Source: Tubiluchus corallicola (taxonomy: Eukaryota; Animalia; Priapulida). From it: DNA of 22,135 nucleotides. Below the pieces are notes generated by a model. That model made no database searches. It saw only the letters and a list, made by a program, of their open reading frames with translations, and had not been told where the DNA came from. The stretch spans positions 1-22,135 of the forward strand of contig JAQGDQ010001222.1 of NCBI GenBank assembly GCA_030141605.1, read 5' to 3'. Of this stretch, positions 1 through 9,707 are shown in pieces. The translations under genes were made by a program, and so were the position numbers. The number at the start of each line of letters is the position of its first letter. Position 1 is the stretch's first letter.

Positions 1-404
1 TGTACTGCAGGGCTGTGATGAGGTAGTGTAATACTGGCAGGGGAATACAGCAGACTTCTCAGGTGTGCGTGTGAACGTGGCTTTAACTAGCACATAGATT
101 CTTATTCTGACCTTGTGTTAGTGGGAGCCACTAGTCACGTGCACACCTGAGCTTATAAAAAGGGTAGGTCTGCTGTAGATCCTTGTCAGTGGTCAGTGGG
201 CGTCTGATCTCATCTCAGCTTTGTTCGCACTTCATCAGGCTTTCTGTTTGCTCCATTCGGTAAGCTGTCTGGAACGTTTATTTTTTTGGGTAATAAATCG
301 TCATTTTTATTTTATTCATTTTGGTTTTTGTCTTTGAGTCATGCCGCACAGTGTAGGCCGCGATGCCATCCGTTCTGCTTCCACTAAAAGCGGAGAGCAG
401 TCCA
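1..404 (+). repeat. 5' LTR of the Gypsy element
   Basis: Starts TGTACTGC and ends GCAGTCCA (7/8 inverted-repeat match, TG...CA). TATAAAA at 154-160 and AATAAA at 292-297. The PBS follows after 1 nt. Confidence 0.85.
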
Positions 405-405
405 C

Positions 406-426
406 TGGTGTCAGAACAAGTGGGAT
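406..426 (+). promoter_or_regulatory. Primer-binding site (tRNA-Leu type) with a 3-nt insertion
   Basis: TGGTGTCAGAAcaaGTGGGAT versus TGGTGTCAGAAGTGGGAT, the complement of the 3' end of eukaryotic tRNA-Leu(CAA). Lies directly after the LTR end. Confidence 0.8.
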
Positions 427-2329
427 GTTACCCTCATCTGGGCATTCCGATTATTGTACTGCGGTTGATGTTGACTTAGAACGGTTACAACACCGTCAGC
501 TTGCCGATTTTCTATTAGAACAGAGTGTGTATTCTTCTAATGGTCAAGAATTAAGGGGCACTGCCTTAGATTCTACGGAACATTGCTATAGTTTTGATGT
601 TAGTTGTACTAATAATGAGGATGTATTGTCGATCTGTGCTTGTAATACAACTAATCCTTTTGTTACTTGCCCTGTGCATAACCCTTGTACTGAAAAGCAT
701 GCAGCGAAGCCATCTGAATGTTCAAGTAGGCAAAGCCAAGGTCAGCTACCTTTGCTACCTGCTACTTCACAACATTCCGCTTCCCAGCCTAGCGCGAGTA
801 CTTGGGGCATGTCTAATATTGATTTTCTTTCAGGGCACGCGGCTAGCGATCCAAATGCAGCATTGGGCACGCGAGTTAGTCCAAGTAATCAAAATTTTCG
901 GCAAAATTTCGCGTCAGATACTTATCAAATCAGACAACTGTGTCAAATCAGACAACAGTTGTCTAGTATTTCTGAGAGTTTTCAAGACCTGAGAAATGTG
1001 GTTGCTACGCTGCCTCAGGCAATTTTTAGTGCCATTTTGGATTTTACCGCATGTCGCGAACCAGAGACGCCTACAACAGGTGGTATTTTGGCAAAGAAGC
1101 CTCTTTTGGGTTCTACCCCTGTAATGGCGAATACTGACACTGCTGACGCGCAGCATCAAAATCAAGGGTCTAGCCAGATTCAAAATGGTCCTTCTGGCTC
1201 CACCCCACGTGTACGTTTTGAAACTGGCCTAAGCAATCTAGACCAGTCTTTCGAGCCCATTTTGCGGACTTCCGGTTGTTCTACTGCACAAACAGGTTTG
1301 GCAACCAGCACCGTGGCACAAAATGTCGATAATGCTGCGGTAAACATGGCGAGTGACATCAGCATGGGGCGGCTCGGTGAAAAGGCACTCCGAGGTCTAC
1401 CACCTTTTGATGGCGAGACAGTGTCTTGGGAAAGTTTTGAGGCACAGTTCCAGCTTCTCCGTCGGGCTAATGGCTGGGACAACACCGAGGCTGGTGCGCG
1501 ATTAGCATTAAAATTAAAAGGGAGTGCTGCGGGCGTGCTGGAAGTCATTCCAGAGGCGCAAAGGTCCAACTATGATGTCCTTTCGTCGGCTCTTTGTCGT
1601 AGATACGGCTATCAAAATAGAGAGAGCGTTTATCGTGCGCATTATAACGCCAGAGTACGCCACACTGGGGAAGATTTAAGGCAATACGCTGAGCAATTGC
1701 GCGTTCTTTATCATCGTGCATTTCCAACCGTTGATACAAAAACTGCTGAGCAACAGCTAATTCATAAATTCGTAGATGGTTTAATGGATTCTGAGTTAGC
1801 AATACACATTCAGCAAAGTGTACCGCCTGATCTCGCAAGTGCTTTAGCTACCGCACTTACAGTTGAGTCCATTCGGGCTACGTCTAAACGAGTAACAGAA
1901 AACGAACCCCCAAGCAAAAGCTCGATTAAGGTTCAGCACCTACCTGTTACCTCGCCCCCCAGTTCGAAATCCAAAAGCCCAAATAACGACGTTAGCAAAT
2001 CTGCTCTTAATCGCACCCCTGAAAAACACGGCAGAGTTTCAAATGTTGGCCAGAATAAGTCTGCTAAACCTACGGGTCGTGGTTCAGGCCCAGTTTGTTA
2101 TAATTGTGGTGGTTTTGGGCATTTAGCGAGACAGTGCTCTTCCCCTCCCCATAGTTGGACAGGCCAACCAACTCGCCATAGAGCACAATTTTCTAATAAT
2201 TTTTGCCAAAACAATGGTTTTTCTGCAAATATGGGGCAAAATTATCCATGTACTGGGACTACCCCCCAAAATTATTACCATTCAACAGCTAATTACAACA
2301 ACTTCGGTCGTGGGCGTTCGCATTTTTAA
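425..2329 (+). CDS. gag: Gypsy Gag polyprotein (capsid-like domain plus CCHC zinc knuckle)
   Basis: Open frame 341-2329; the first ATG outside the LTR is at 425. Motifs: LPPFDGE..WESFEAQF..ANGW, GEDLRQYAEQL, FVDGL, and CYNCGGFGHLARQC (CX2CX4HX4C). Confidence 0.9.
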   Translation: MLPSSGHSDYCTAVDVDLERLQHRQLADFLLEQSVYSSNGQELRGTALDSTEHCYSFDVSCTNNEDVLSICACNTTNPFVTCPVHNPCTEKHAAKPSECSSRQSQGQLPLLPATSQHSASQPSASTWGMSNIDFLSGHAASDPNAALGTRVSPSNQNFRQNFASDTYQIRQLCQIRQQLSSISESFQDLRNVVATLPQAIFSAILDFTACREPETPTTGGILAKKPLLGSTPVMANTDTADAQHQNQGSSQIQNGPSGSTPRVRFETGLSNLDQSFEPILRTSGCSTAQTGLATSTVAQNVDNAAVNMASDISMGRLGEKALRGLPPFDGETVSWESFEAQFQLLRRANGWDNTEAGARLALKLKGSAAGVLEVIPEAQRSNYDVLSSALCRRYGYQNRESVYRAHYNARVRHTGEDLRQYAEQLRVLYHRAFPTVDTKTAEQQLIHKFVDGLMDSELAIHIQQSVPPDLASALATALTVESIRATSKRVTENEPPSKSSIKVQHLPVTSPPSSKSKSPNNDVSKSALNRTPEKHGRVSNVGQNKSAKPTGRGSGPVCYNCGGFGHLARQCSSPPHSWTGQPTRHRAQFSNNFCQNNGFSANMGQNYPCTGTTPQNYYHSTANYNNFGRGRSHF

Positions 2330-3213
2330 AAGCGGGTGGCAGGAGAAGGAGACAGCCAGCCACTCGCACTAGACGAGCAGTCTCCATAGGAGCACCCACA
2401 TCGCATTACACCATTAATTATTCTGCGTCGGTTCGTAACAAAAACGCTTATAAGCAACCTGCGCTTGGTTTGTATGTGCGCGGCTCAATAAACGGTCGTG
2501 TTTGTCGCATTTTAGTTGACACTGGTGCGAGTCAGACAACAGTAAGAAAAGAATTTCTTTCCTTACCAACTGAAGAAATTTTATTAGAAAATCGCAAAGC
2601 TTTAAGCGCAAACGGATCTGAGCTTGAATTGCGTGGCCCAGTTAATGTTTCTTTGCAACTTGGCAATGAACCGGAAATGTGGTCTGGCGCAGTACCGGTT
2701 TGGCTTTCGAATGACATTGTAGGTGATGATTGTGTGCTTGGCCTGGATTGGCTTCGTGCTAATCATGTTAGCGTGAACACCGCTAAAAATTTATTGATTT
2801 TCCCAGACGGTCAGTTTGTTAAAATTTTTCCCTTAGCGAACGGTACTACTGATATTTTAAATGTAAACCAAATAATTTTGCCTCCATTCTCTGAAACTGT
2901 ACTAGAAGGTAGACCAGCTGTGCCGTTGCCACTTGCCACAGGCATGATTACCCGTGTAAATCATGACTTTTTCTGTCGGGAAGGTGTTTTAACTGGCCGT
3001 GTAACTGCACCCCCTGGTGCAAATACTGTTAAAACATTGCTTGCAAATTTGTCACCTAAACCTGTGACTATACCAGTTAATGAAGTGATTGGTCGGTGGG
3101 AAGTTGTGCAAGAACTTCCTGAACCACTCGAACCTAAACCCGTTCAAAAACGCAATGGTTTTCCTGCTATTATAAAATTAAACAAATGCACCCATCTATC
3201 TGAACCTGTTTGA
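2323..3213 (+). pseudogene. pol: Pol N-terminal part: aspartic protease, ending at a premature in-frame TGA
   Basis: The -1 frame relative to gag is open from 2293. Retropepsin motifs ILVDTGAS and CVLGLDWL. After the TGA at 3211-3213 the same frame continues into RT. Confidence 0.9.
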
Positions 3214-5434
3214 AATTTGCTCGAGAAAAGTAAAGAGCATCTATCTAGTAAACAGCTTAAGCGTTTACACGCCTTTCTCTTGAAAAACAACCAGCTATTT
3301 TATTCTGGACCAGCAGATATCGGCCGGACCAACGTGGTCCAGCACACCATCAACACTGGCAATCATGCGCCAATTAAAGTGCAACCGCGGCGGCTCGGTG
3401 AAACGCAGCGCAAGCAGCTTGATGCAGCTATGAAAGAGATGGAAGCTCAAGGTGTGATCGAGCCTTCGTGTAGCCCGTGGTCATCTGCAGTGGTTTTAGT
3501 CCGAAAGAAAAACGGGGGCACTAGATGCTGCATTGATTATAGAGCCCTAAATGCAATTACCATCAAAGACAGTTATCCTTTACCCCGCATAGATGACTCG
3601 ATAGATGCACTATCAGGCTCTGAATGGTTTTCCACCCTTGACTTGAAATCTGGGTATCACCAGGTCGAAATGCACCCTAACGACAAGGAGAAGACGGCTT
3701 TTATTACACATAGAGGCCTCTGGCAATTCAAGGCTATGCCTTTTGGCCTGACGAATGCGCCAGCGACTTTCGAACGCCTTATGGAGCAGGTCCTGACTGG
3801 TCTTCATTGGCGTACCCTACTAATCTACCTCGATGACGTGATAGTTTATGGCCACACCTTTGACGAACACTTGGAGCGTCTACAAGAGGTCTTCACTCGC
3901 TTCCAAGCAGCCGGACTTAAACTTAACGCTGAGAAATGTCTACTTACACAAAAGCAGGTAGCCTACCTTGGACACATTGTCAGTTCCCAAGGAGTACACA
4001 CCGATCCTGCAAAAACTGATGCAGTAGCGAAATGGCCTATACCAACAAACTTGACTGAGCTACGTAGTTTTCTTGGCCTTTGTACCTACTACAGGCGCTT
4101 CATCAAGGACTTTGCAAAAATAGCTGCTCCACTGCACGAACTAACTCGTAAACATCAACCTTTCTTGTGGCAGCAAGACCAGCAGCAGTCTTTTGAGAGA
4201 CTTAAAGCCTTGCTTACTTCCTCTCCTGTACTGGCTTATCCTCAGTTCGATAGAGATTTCATACTTGACACCGATGCTAGTAATGTCGCCATCGGTGCTG
4301 TACTCTCTCAAGTCCAAAATGGACACGAACGTGTAATTGCCTATTACAGTCAAATACTTAACCCTTCAGAACGCAATTACTGTGCTACTAGACGTGAACT
4401 CCTGGCCGTGATAAAAGGGGTGACCAACTTCCATCACTATCTTTACGGAAAACCCTTTTCTATACGTACCGACCATGCGGCACTTCGCTGGCTTCACACG
4501 CTTAAGCGCCCTGAAGGCCAATTAGCTCGATGGCTTGCGAAATTGGACCAATATCAGTACAAGATAGAGCATAGGCCCGGTAAAAGTCACGCGAATGCAG
4601 ACACGCTGTCTAGACGGCCATGCAAACACGAATGCTCTCATTGCAACAAACGTGAAATAAAATTTGAAACTCTGAGAACAGCTAACAATTCAGAAGCTGA
4701 AAATAGCAAAAATGCCTTACAGCCAGCCTGGAGAAGTAAAATTGACAGCGAAATTAATCAGGCATCAAGATGTGTGAAGCCAGAAATCACTGAACCGGCA
4801 AAATTTGTCAAAGTTGGTACAACTTTGCGTGATACTGAATTACATTTTAAAGAACGTCAATTAAATGATAAAGATCTAGCACCAGTCATAGCGTTTCTTG
4901 AAACGTCAAGCGAAAAACCAACATGGGAACAGCGATCACCCCTTAGTAGAGACGCTAAAGCGGTTTTAGCGCATTGGGACACACTGCGTTTAAGAGATGG
5001 CATTTTGCAGCGGAAATGGGAAAGCCCTGAAGGGAGTCTTACTCGCTGGCAATGGTTAGTCTCTCGCGCTTTTCGCGAAAAAGTTTTAACGGAAATGCAT
5101 TCATCTCCAACTGCAGGCCATTTTGGACAAAACAAAACTCTCGATTTACTGCGGCAGCGCTTCTTTTGGCCGGGAATGCGACAAGATGTTGAAATATGGA
5201 CGCGAACTTGCGAAATTTGTTGCAAGAAAAAGGGGCCGCAGCGAAAACCTCGTGCACCTTTACAACTATACCGTGTGGGCGCGCCTATGGAACGAATCGC
5301 CATTGACGTGGCAGGTCCTTTCCCATTGTCTAATTCTAACAACAAATACATATTAGTTGCAATGGATTATTTCACAAAATGGCCGGAATGCTATCCCTTA
5401 CCGAACCAAGAAGCCGAGACTATAGCTACATTTC
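3214..5434 (+). pseudogene. pol: Pol: reverse transcriptase, RNase H, integrase Zn-binding domain and start of the core
   Basis: RT motifs SPWSSAVVLVRKK, CIDYRALN, LDLKSGYHQ, MPFGLTNAPATF, YLDD. RNase H motifs LDTDAS, RELLA, TDH, ADTLSR. Integrase H-X6-H...CEIC and IAIDVAGP. Confidence 0.95.
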
Positions 5435-5910
5435 TTTTGCCGATTTGGGTTACCAAACGAAATTCATTCAGACCAAGGCCGAAATTTTGAAAGTAAGATC
5501 TTTCAGCAATGCTGTAATCTTATGGGTATTGAGAAAACTCGAACGACTGCGCTTAACCCAAAAAGCGATGGAATGTGCGAGCGCTTTATAAGAACCATTT
5601 CCCGACAGCTTGCGCAATTCAGTAGTGCCCACCAGCGTGATTGGGATGAAAAGATTCCTTTGTTTTTGCTTTCATACAGATCGGCTGTACATGACTCAAC
5701 TGGATTTACCCCTGCTCAAGTGTTTGGTAGAGAATTAAGGCTGCCTCTTGATCTATTAACAGGACGCCCACCTTCAAACATTGATTCAAGTACTGTCGTC
5801 CAGTATGTTAAAAATCTTGAGAATCGTCTACATGACGTTCACCATTTCATCAGAGAAAACCTTCGCATTTCTCATGAAACAATGCGTAGACGCTATAATG
5901 TCCGTTCTCA
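5435..5910 (+). pseudogene. pol: Pol: remainder of the integrase core (after a frameshift), truncated
   Basis: The shifted frame reads FCRFGLPNEIHSDQGRNFES...DGMCER (D-35-E spacing intact) ...YRSAVHDSTGFTPA. It breaks off at RRYNVRSH into repeat DNA. Confidence 0.9.
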
Positions 5911-6243
5911 CGTATTAATATGTAAAAGAAATGCACAAATCATGTTCAATATCATGTATTAATATGCAGAAGAATTGCACAAATCATGTTCAATATCATG
6001 TATTAATATGTAAAATAATTGCACAAATCATGTTCAATATCATGTATTAATATGCAGAAGAACTGCACAAATCATCTTCAAAATCATGTATTAATATGTA
6101 AAAGAATTGCACAAATCATCTTCAATATCATGTATTAATATGTAAAATAATTGCACAAATCTTGTTCAATGTTATGAAGGACTGAGGCGAAAAGCCGAAA
6201 TGTCACAGTGTGTGCTTAACAACCAAACAGATGCAATGCTGAT
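5911..6243 (+). repeat. Left inverted arm: ~6 x 44-bp repeat plus unique inner segment
   Basis: Unit TATTAATATGTAAAAGAATTGCACAAATCATGTTCAATATCATG, followed by ACTGAGGCGAAAAGCCGAAATGTCACAGTGTGTGCTTAAC...TGCAATGCTGAT. Confidence 0.9.
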
Positions 6244-6645
6244 CATGGCCAGGAAACGGATGGGTGACTCTCATGAAAACCATTTCTGGGTAGGTTTATT
6301 TGTCAAGACACCCCAGGTATTTAATTGGGTGAGGGAACCTGGCCATCTGTAAATTTTTGATTCAGTCAAGTCCCGCTGCATGCATTTTGCAAAGGTTCCA
6401 TAGGACAGCTTACAGCCCAGAATTCGACACTCATAAATCTAAAACAGCTAAATCTGCCAAACAAAGATGGCTTTTCACTTGGCGCTCAGTTGAAATTAAC
6501 ATTCGAAGCTAATTATTGAAATATAAGAAACAATTGCTAACTTTTGTAGGCAAGAAAATGTATATTTTGCACAGCTAATTAACATGAGTCTAAACAATCG
6601 TCCGGTTTTCCTTTAAATCTTCCATAATTCATCCTTAATTTTATA

Positions 6646-7310
6646 TCAACATCTCACTCACACATGAGTAGGTTGGCTACTCAACATCTCACTCACACAC
6701 GAGTATGTTGGCTACTCAACATCTCACTCACACACGAGTAGGTTGGCTACTCAACATCTCACTCACACACTAGTAAGTTTGTTACTCAACATCTCACTCA
6801 CACACGAGTAGGTTGGCTACTCAACATCTCACTCACACACGAGTAGGTTGGCTACTCAACAACTCACTCACACACGAGTAGGTTGGCTACTCAACATCTC
6901 ACTCACACACGAGTAGGTTGGCTACTCAACATCTCACTCACACACGAGTAGGTTGGCTACTCAACATCTCACTCACACACGAGTAGGTTGGCTACTCAAC
7001 ATCTCACTCACACACGAGTAGGTTGGCTACTCAACATCTCACTCACACACGAGTAGGTTGGCTACTCAACATCTCACTCACACACGAGTAGGTTGGCTAC
7101 TCAACATCTCACTCACACACGAGTAGGTTGGCTACTCAACATCTCACTCACACACGAGTAGGTTGGCTACTCAACATCTCACTCACACATGAGTAGGTTG
7201 GCTACTCAACATCTCACTCACACACGAGTAGGTTGGCTACTCAACATCTCACTCACACACGACTAGGTTGGCTACTCAACATCTCACTCACACACGAGTA
7301 GGTTGGCTAC
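6646..7310. repeat. Minisatellite, 19 x 35 bp
   Basis: Unit TCAACATCTCACTCACACACGAGTAGGTTGGCTAC. 665 bp equals exactly 19 units, nearly identical, with no spacers. Confidence 0.97.
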
Positions 7311-7740
7311 CATAATACTGTGTTTGCAGTAAGCTAACTTCGCTAATTACATAAGCTCTATAATATAACTCAGGGAACTGGATTAACTAACAAGTCATTG
7401 TTAAAATTAGGCCATCACGCTCACGAAAGGTTCGTATGTTAAAAAACTCTACAGGTGCTTTCACAATATCGACATTATTGTCCCTTGCTAATCGCTTCTA
7501 CTGTCATTCCGTAGTCGTGGCCTGGGACTGTGAGTCATGGAAGAAATGAGCTCCAACACGACGAGATGGTGACAAGTATTAACAATTGTCATTATAATTG
7601 TTTCAATAGGTTCAGCACATGAGACAGATACAATTCTTATGCCAATGTGAAAATGTTGACCAAATCATACAATACAGCTTGCATGTGGCATTGTTACACT
7701 GATCATAACGAATCTGATCAATTATTATTATCATTATTAA

Positions 7741-7855
7741 TATTATTCCTATTCTTATTTCTAAATAATCAATTTTCTCAACAGGTTCAGCACACATGCG
7801 TGACATGACTGACACAAATTCTACATAGTTTCTCTGCCTTTTTGGAAATATTGAT
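7741..7855 (-). pseudogene. Diverged partial duplicate of the BTB gene segment 8371-8466
   Basis: Translates SIFPKRQRNYVEFVSVMSRMCAEPVEKIDYLEI versus SIFPKTQRNYGEQVVSVMCAEPVEKIDNLGII in the main ORF. Confidence 0.85.
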
Positions 7856-8001
7856 GTTATGCTGATCATAATCAATCATGACAAATCGACTTACTTCCTG
7901 AAAATGGGCGGCAACGTACGGGGTGTAAAAATTTATTGATCTATAAACAATCAATCGTAATCGTGAAAGCATCAGTTTCAAGAAATGATTTTCCTTTCAA
8001 T

Positions 8002-9274
8002 TCATTTTTTAAACAGCGTCACAACTTTTATGCGAATTTTTCCATTATTAATAAACCCAGAAGTAGGGTCCATAACGGTTCTAAACTGTGCAATATTTCT
8101 CGCATACCAGACCCGTTTCGTTATATCTTCATTTAGGACAGTTTTGAGTGACCTTTGCGGATTATTGTTAATCATTTCAATGTAACTGTTCTTACACATT
8201 CTACTGAAATAAGGAGAAGAGGGTTCAACTTTTAAATTCAAGCAACAGCCTTCACCATGGTTATCTCTAGCATTGGAGCAGCTTTCATCATTACATCTGA
8301 AAACACGAATGGCAAGCTTATCAGCATCACCAATAAATGCAAACTTTTCTGATACAGGAGCTGCCTGTTGTATTATTCCTAAATTGTCAATTTTCTCAAC
8401 AGGTTCAGCACACATGACTGACACAACTTGTTCGCCGTAGTTTCTCTGCGTTTTTGGAAATATTGATTCTGATGCCTCTTTTTGATGATGATTGATTAGA
8501 ACGTTTGCCTGCTCCTCGGCATTTAATATTCCAGTTGCTATCGGTCCTTTGATGAATAACTCTGGGTCCATTGTGGGAAATCTGATCTGCAACAAAATTT
8601 TATACAAGACTGTTCTCTTGTTGAACACATTTTGCTCTAGTTTCTTTCGCTTGCATTCAGCATCAGCCCATCTTAAAACTGCATCAAATAGTTTCCCCTC
8701 TTCAGTAATTGTCAGTTCATCAAGTTATAGTTGTCGTAGCTCAAGGAAGTAAAACTGTCGGACTCTATAAGTTCCTCTCGACACTAATGACCTCCAGACA
8801 GTTCATCTCTACATCTCGTCTTTCATAGAAACAAGCAGCTGTCAGAATGGTACAGACGTTGTCAGTTGTGATTTCAGATTTAAGGAAATCAGTAGCCATT
8901 TTTTCAAGTTCACGAATGTTGTACTTTCTAGCTAAGTACAGTATTGAAAGAACATTATCACCAGTTAATTCAGCTTTGTCAGTATAAATGAACCTCAAAA
9001 GCAGCAGGAACACTTCAGGTTCAACATCGGTTATTGGTATGACATCACCAAGTTTATGACACAGCGGCCCAAACAGCATCCTCTTAAAAACGTCACTTCT
9101 GAGTGCAAGTACGTACCGACTAGCATTGATGATGGTTTCACCAACTGAAAAAGTTACATCACATAATTCCTGGAAATCTTCGTTACCAAAAACATAATCG
9201 TATCTCTCGTTCCAGTTGTCCATCGCATCAACCCTTTCAGCTGGAGTTTGCGGCTCGTCTAATGAAGTTGCCAT
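8002..9274 (-). pseudogene. BTB/POZ-BACK protein (BTBD1/2/3/6-like N-terminus) with a putative C-terminal MATH/TRAF-like domain; two frameshifts
   Basis: BTB motifs CDVTFSVG, ASRYVLALRSDVFKRMLFG, DVEPEVFLLLLRFIYTD, LYLARKY. BACK continues across frameshifts near 8778 and ~8727 (EELIESDSFTSLSYDN / LDELTITEEGKLFDAVLRWADAEC...IRFPTM). The C-terminal FRTVMDPTSGFINNGKIRIKV resembles the last strands of MATH domains. Confidence 0.85.
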
Positions 9275-9707
9275 TTCTTTTGCTAACGGAATTTTCTGAC
9301 CTACTCTGCTGATCGAGAACTTGTTTAAATGGCTGGTGTAACTACAGACGAGATGAAATAATTTAAACTTTGTTCTTTTTATCAGTTTTATGTTCTACAA
9401 TCATTAAAGGTAAACATACAGTCATAATTTTATACAGTCACGTCAACGCTGACTCGCCTTGTACAAACAACTAACTGTGACCTTTGTACCCTTGGTTTAT
9501 AAACTTATGACACCGACTAGGAAAAATAACTCTTCACTTTGTCCAGTCTACATAAATGAAAAACTTAAGCACAAGAAAACCCTCCACTTACATAATGAGC
9601 AAGAAATTATGAACATTTTATGTTATATACATAGAGGTCCACCAATAACACTAAAGTTCAAATTATAAAACAACAATTAAACGTGGATTTCATGGATTGA
9701 GATAAAA

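Larger units (their letters stand above)
1..5910 (+). mobile_element. Ty3/Gypsy LTR retrotransposon, 3'-truncated and defective
   Basis: 5' LTR, PBS, gag with CCHC knuckle, then pol in Gypsy order PR-RT-RNaseH-IN. Integrase is cut off at ~5910 by a tandem-repeat arm. No polypurine tract or 3' LTR in the window. Confidence 0.96.

Noticed and set aside
341-424. ORF-track start of gag at 341
   Set aside because: It lies inside the LTR and runs through the PBS; the ATG at 425 is the more plausible start.
594-5591. Short overlapping and antisense ORFs within gag-pol
   Set aside because: Shadow frames of the retroelement coding sequence with no recognisable motifs.
5911-5962. C-terminal tail VLICKRNAQIMFNIMY of the integrase ORF
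   Set aside because: Read-through into the 44-bp repeat, not integrase sequence.
6245-6345. 9-bp inverted repeat ATGGCCAGG/CCTGGCCAT about 100 bp apart
   Set aside because: Too short, with no TSD or second copy; it cannot be called a MITE or structured RNA.
6646-7310. CRISPR-like appearance of the 35-bp palindromic array (also the 43-, 56- and 80-bp arrays)
   Set aside because: Units are head-to-tail with no unique spacers, there are no cas genes, and the context is a eukaryotic intron.
8002-9274. BTB gene as an env-position or extra ORF of the Gypsy element
   Set aside because: It is enclosed by separate inverted arms, the integrase is broken before it, and no polypurine tract or 3' LTR follows.
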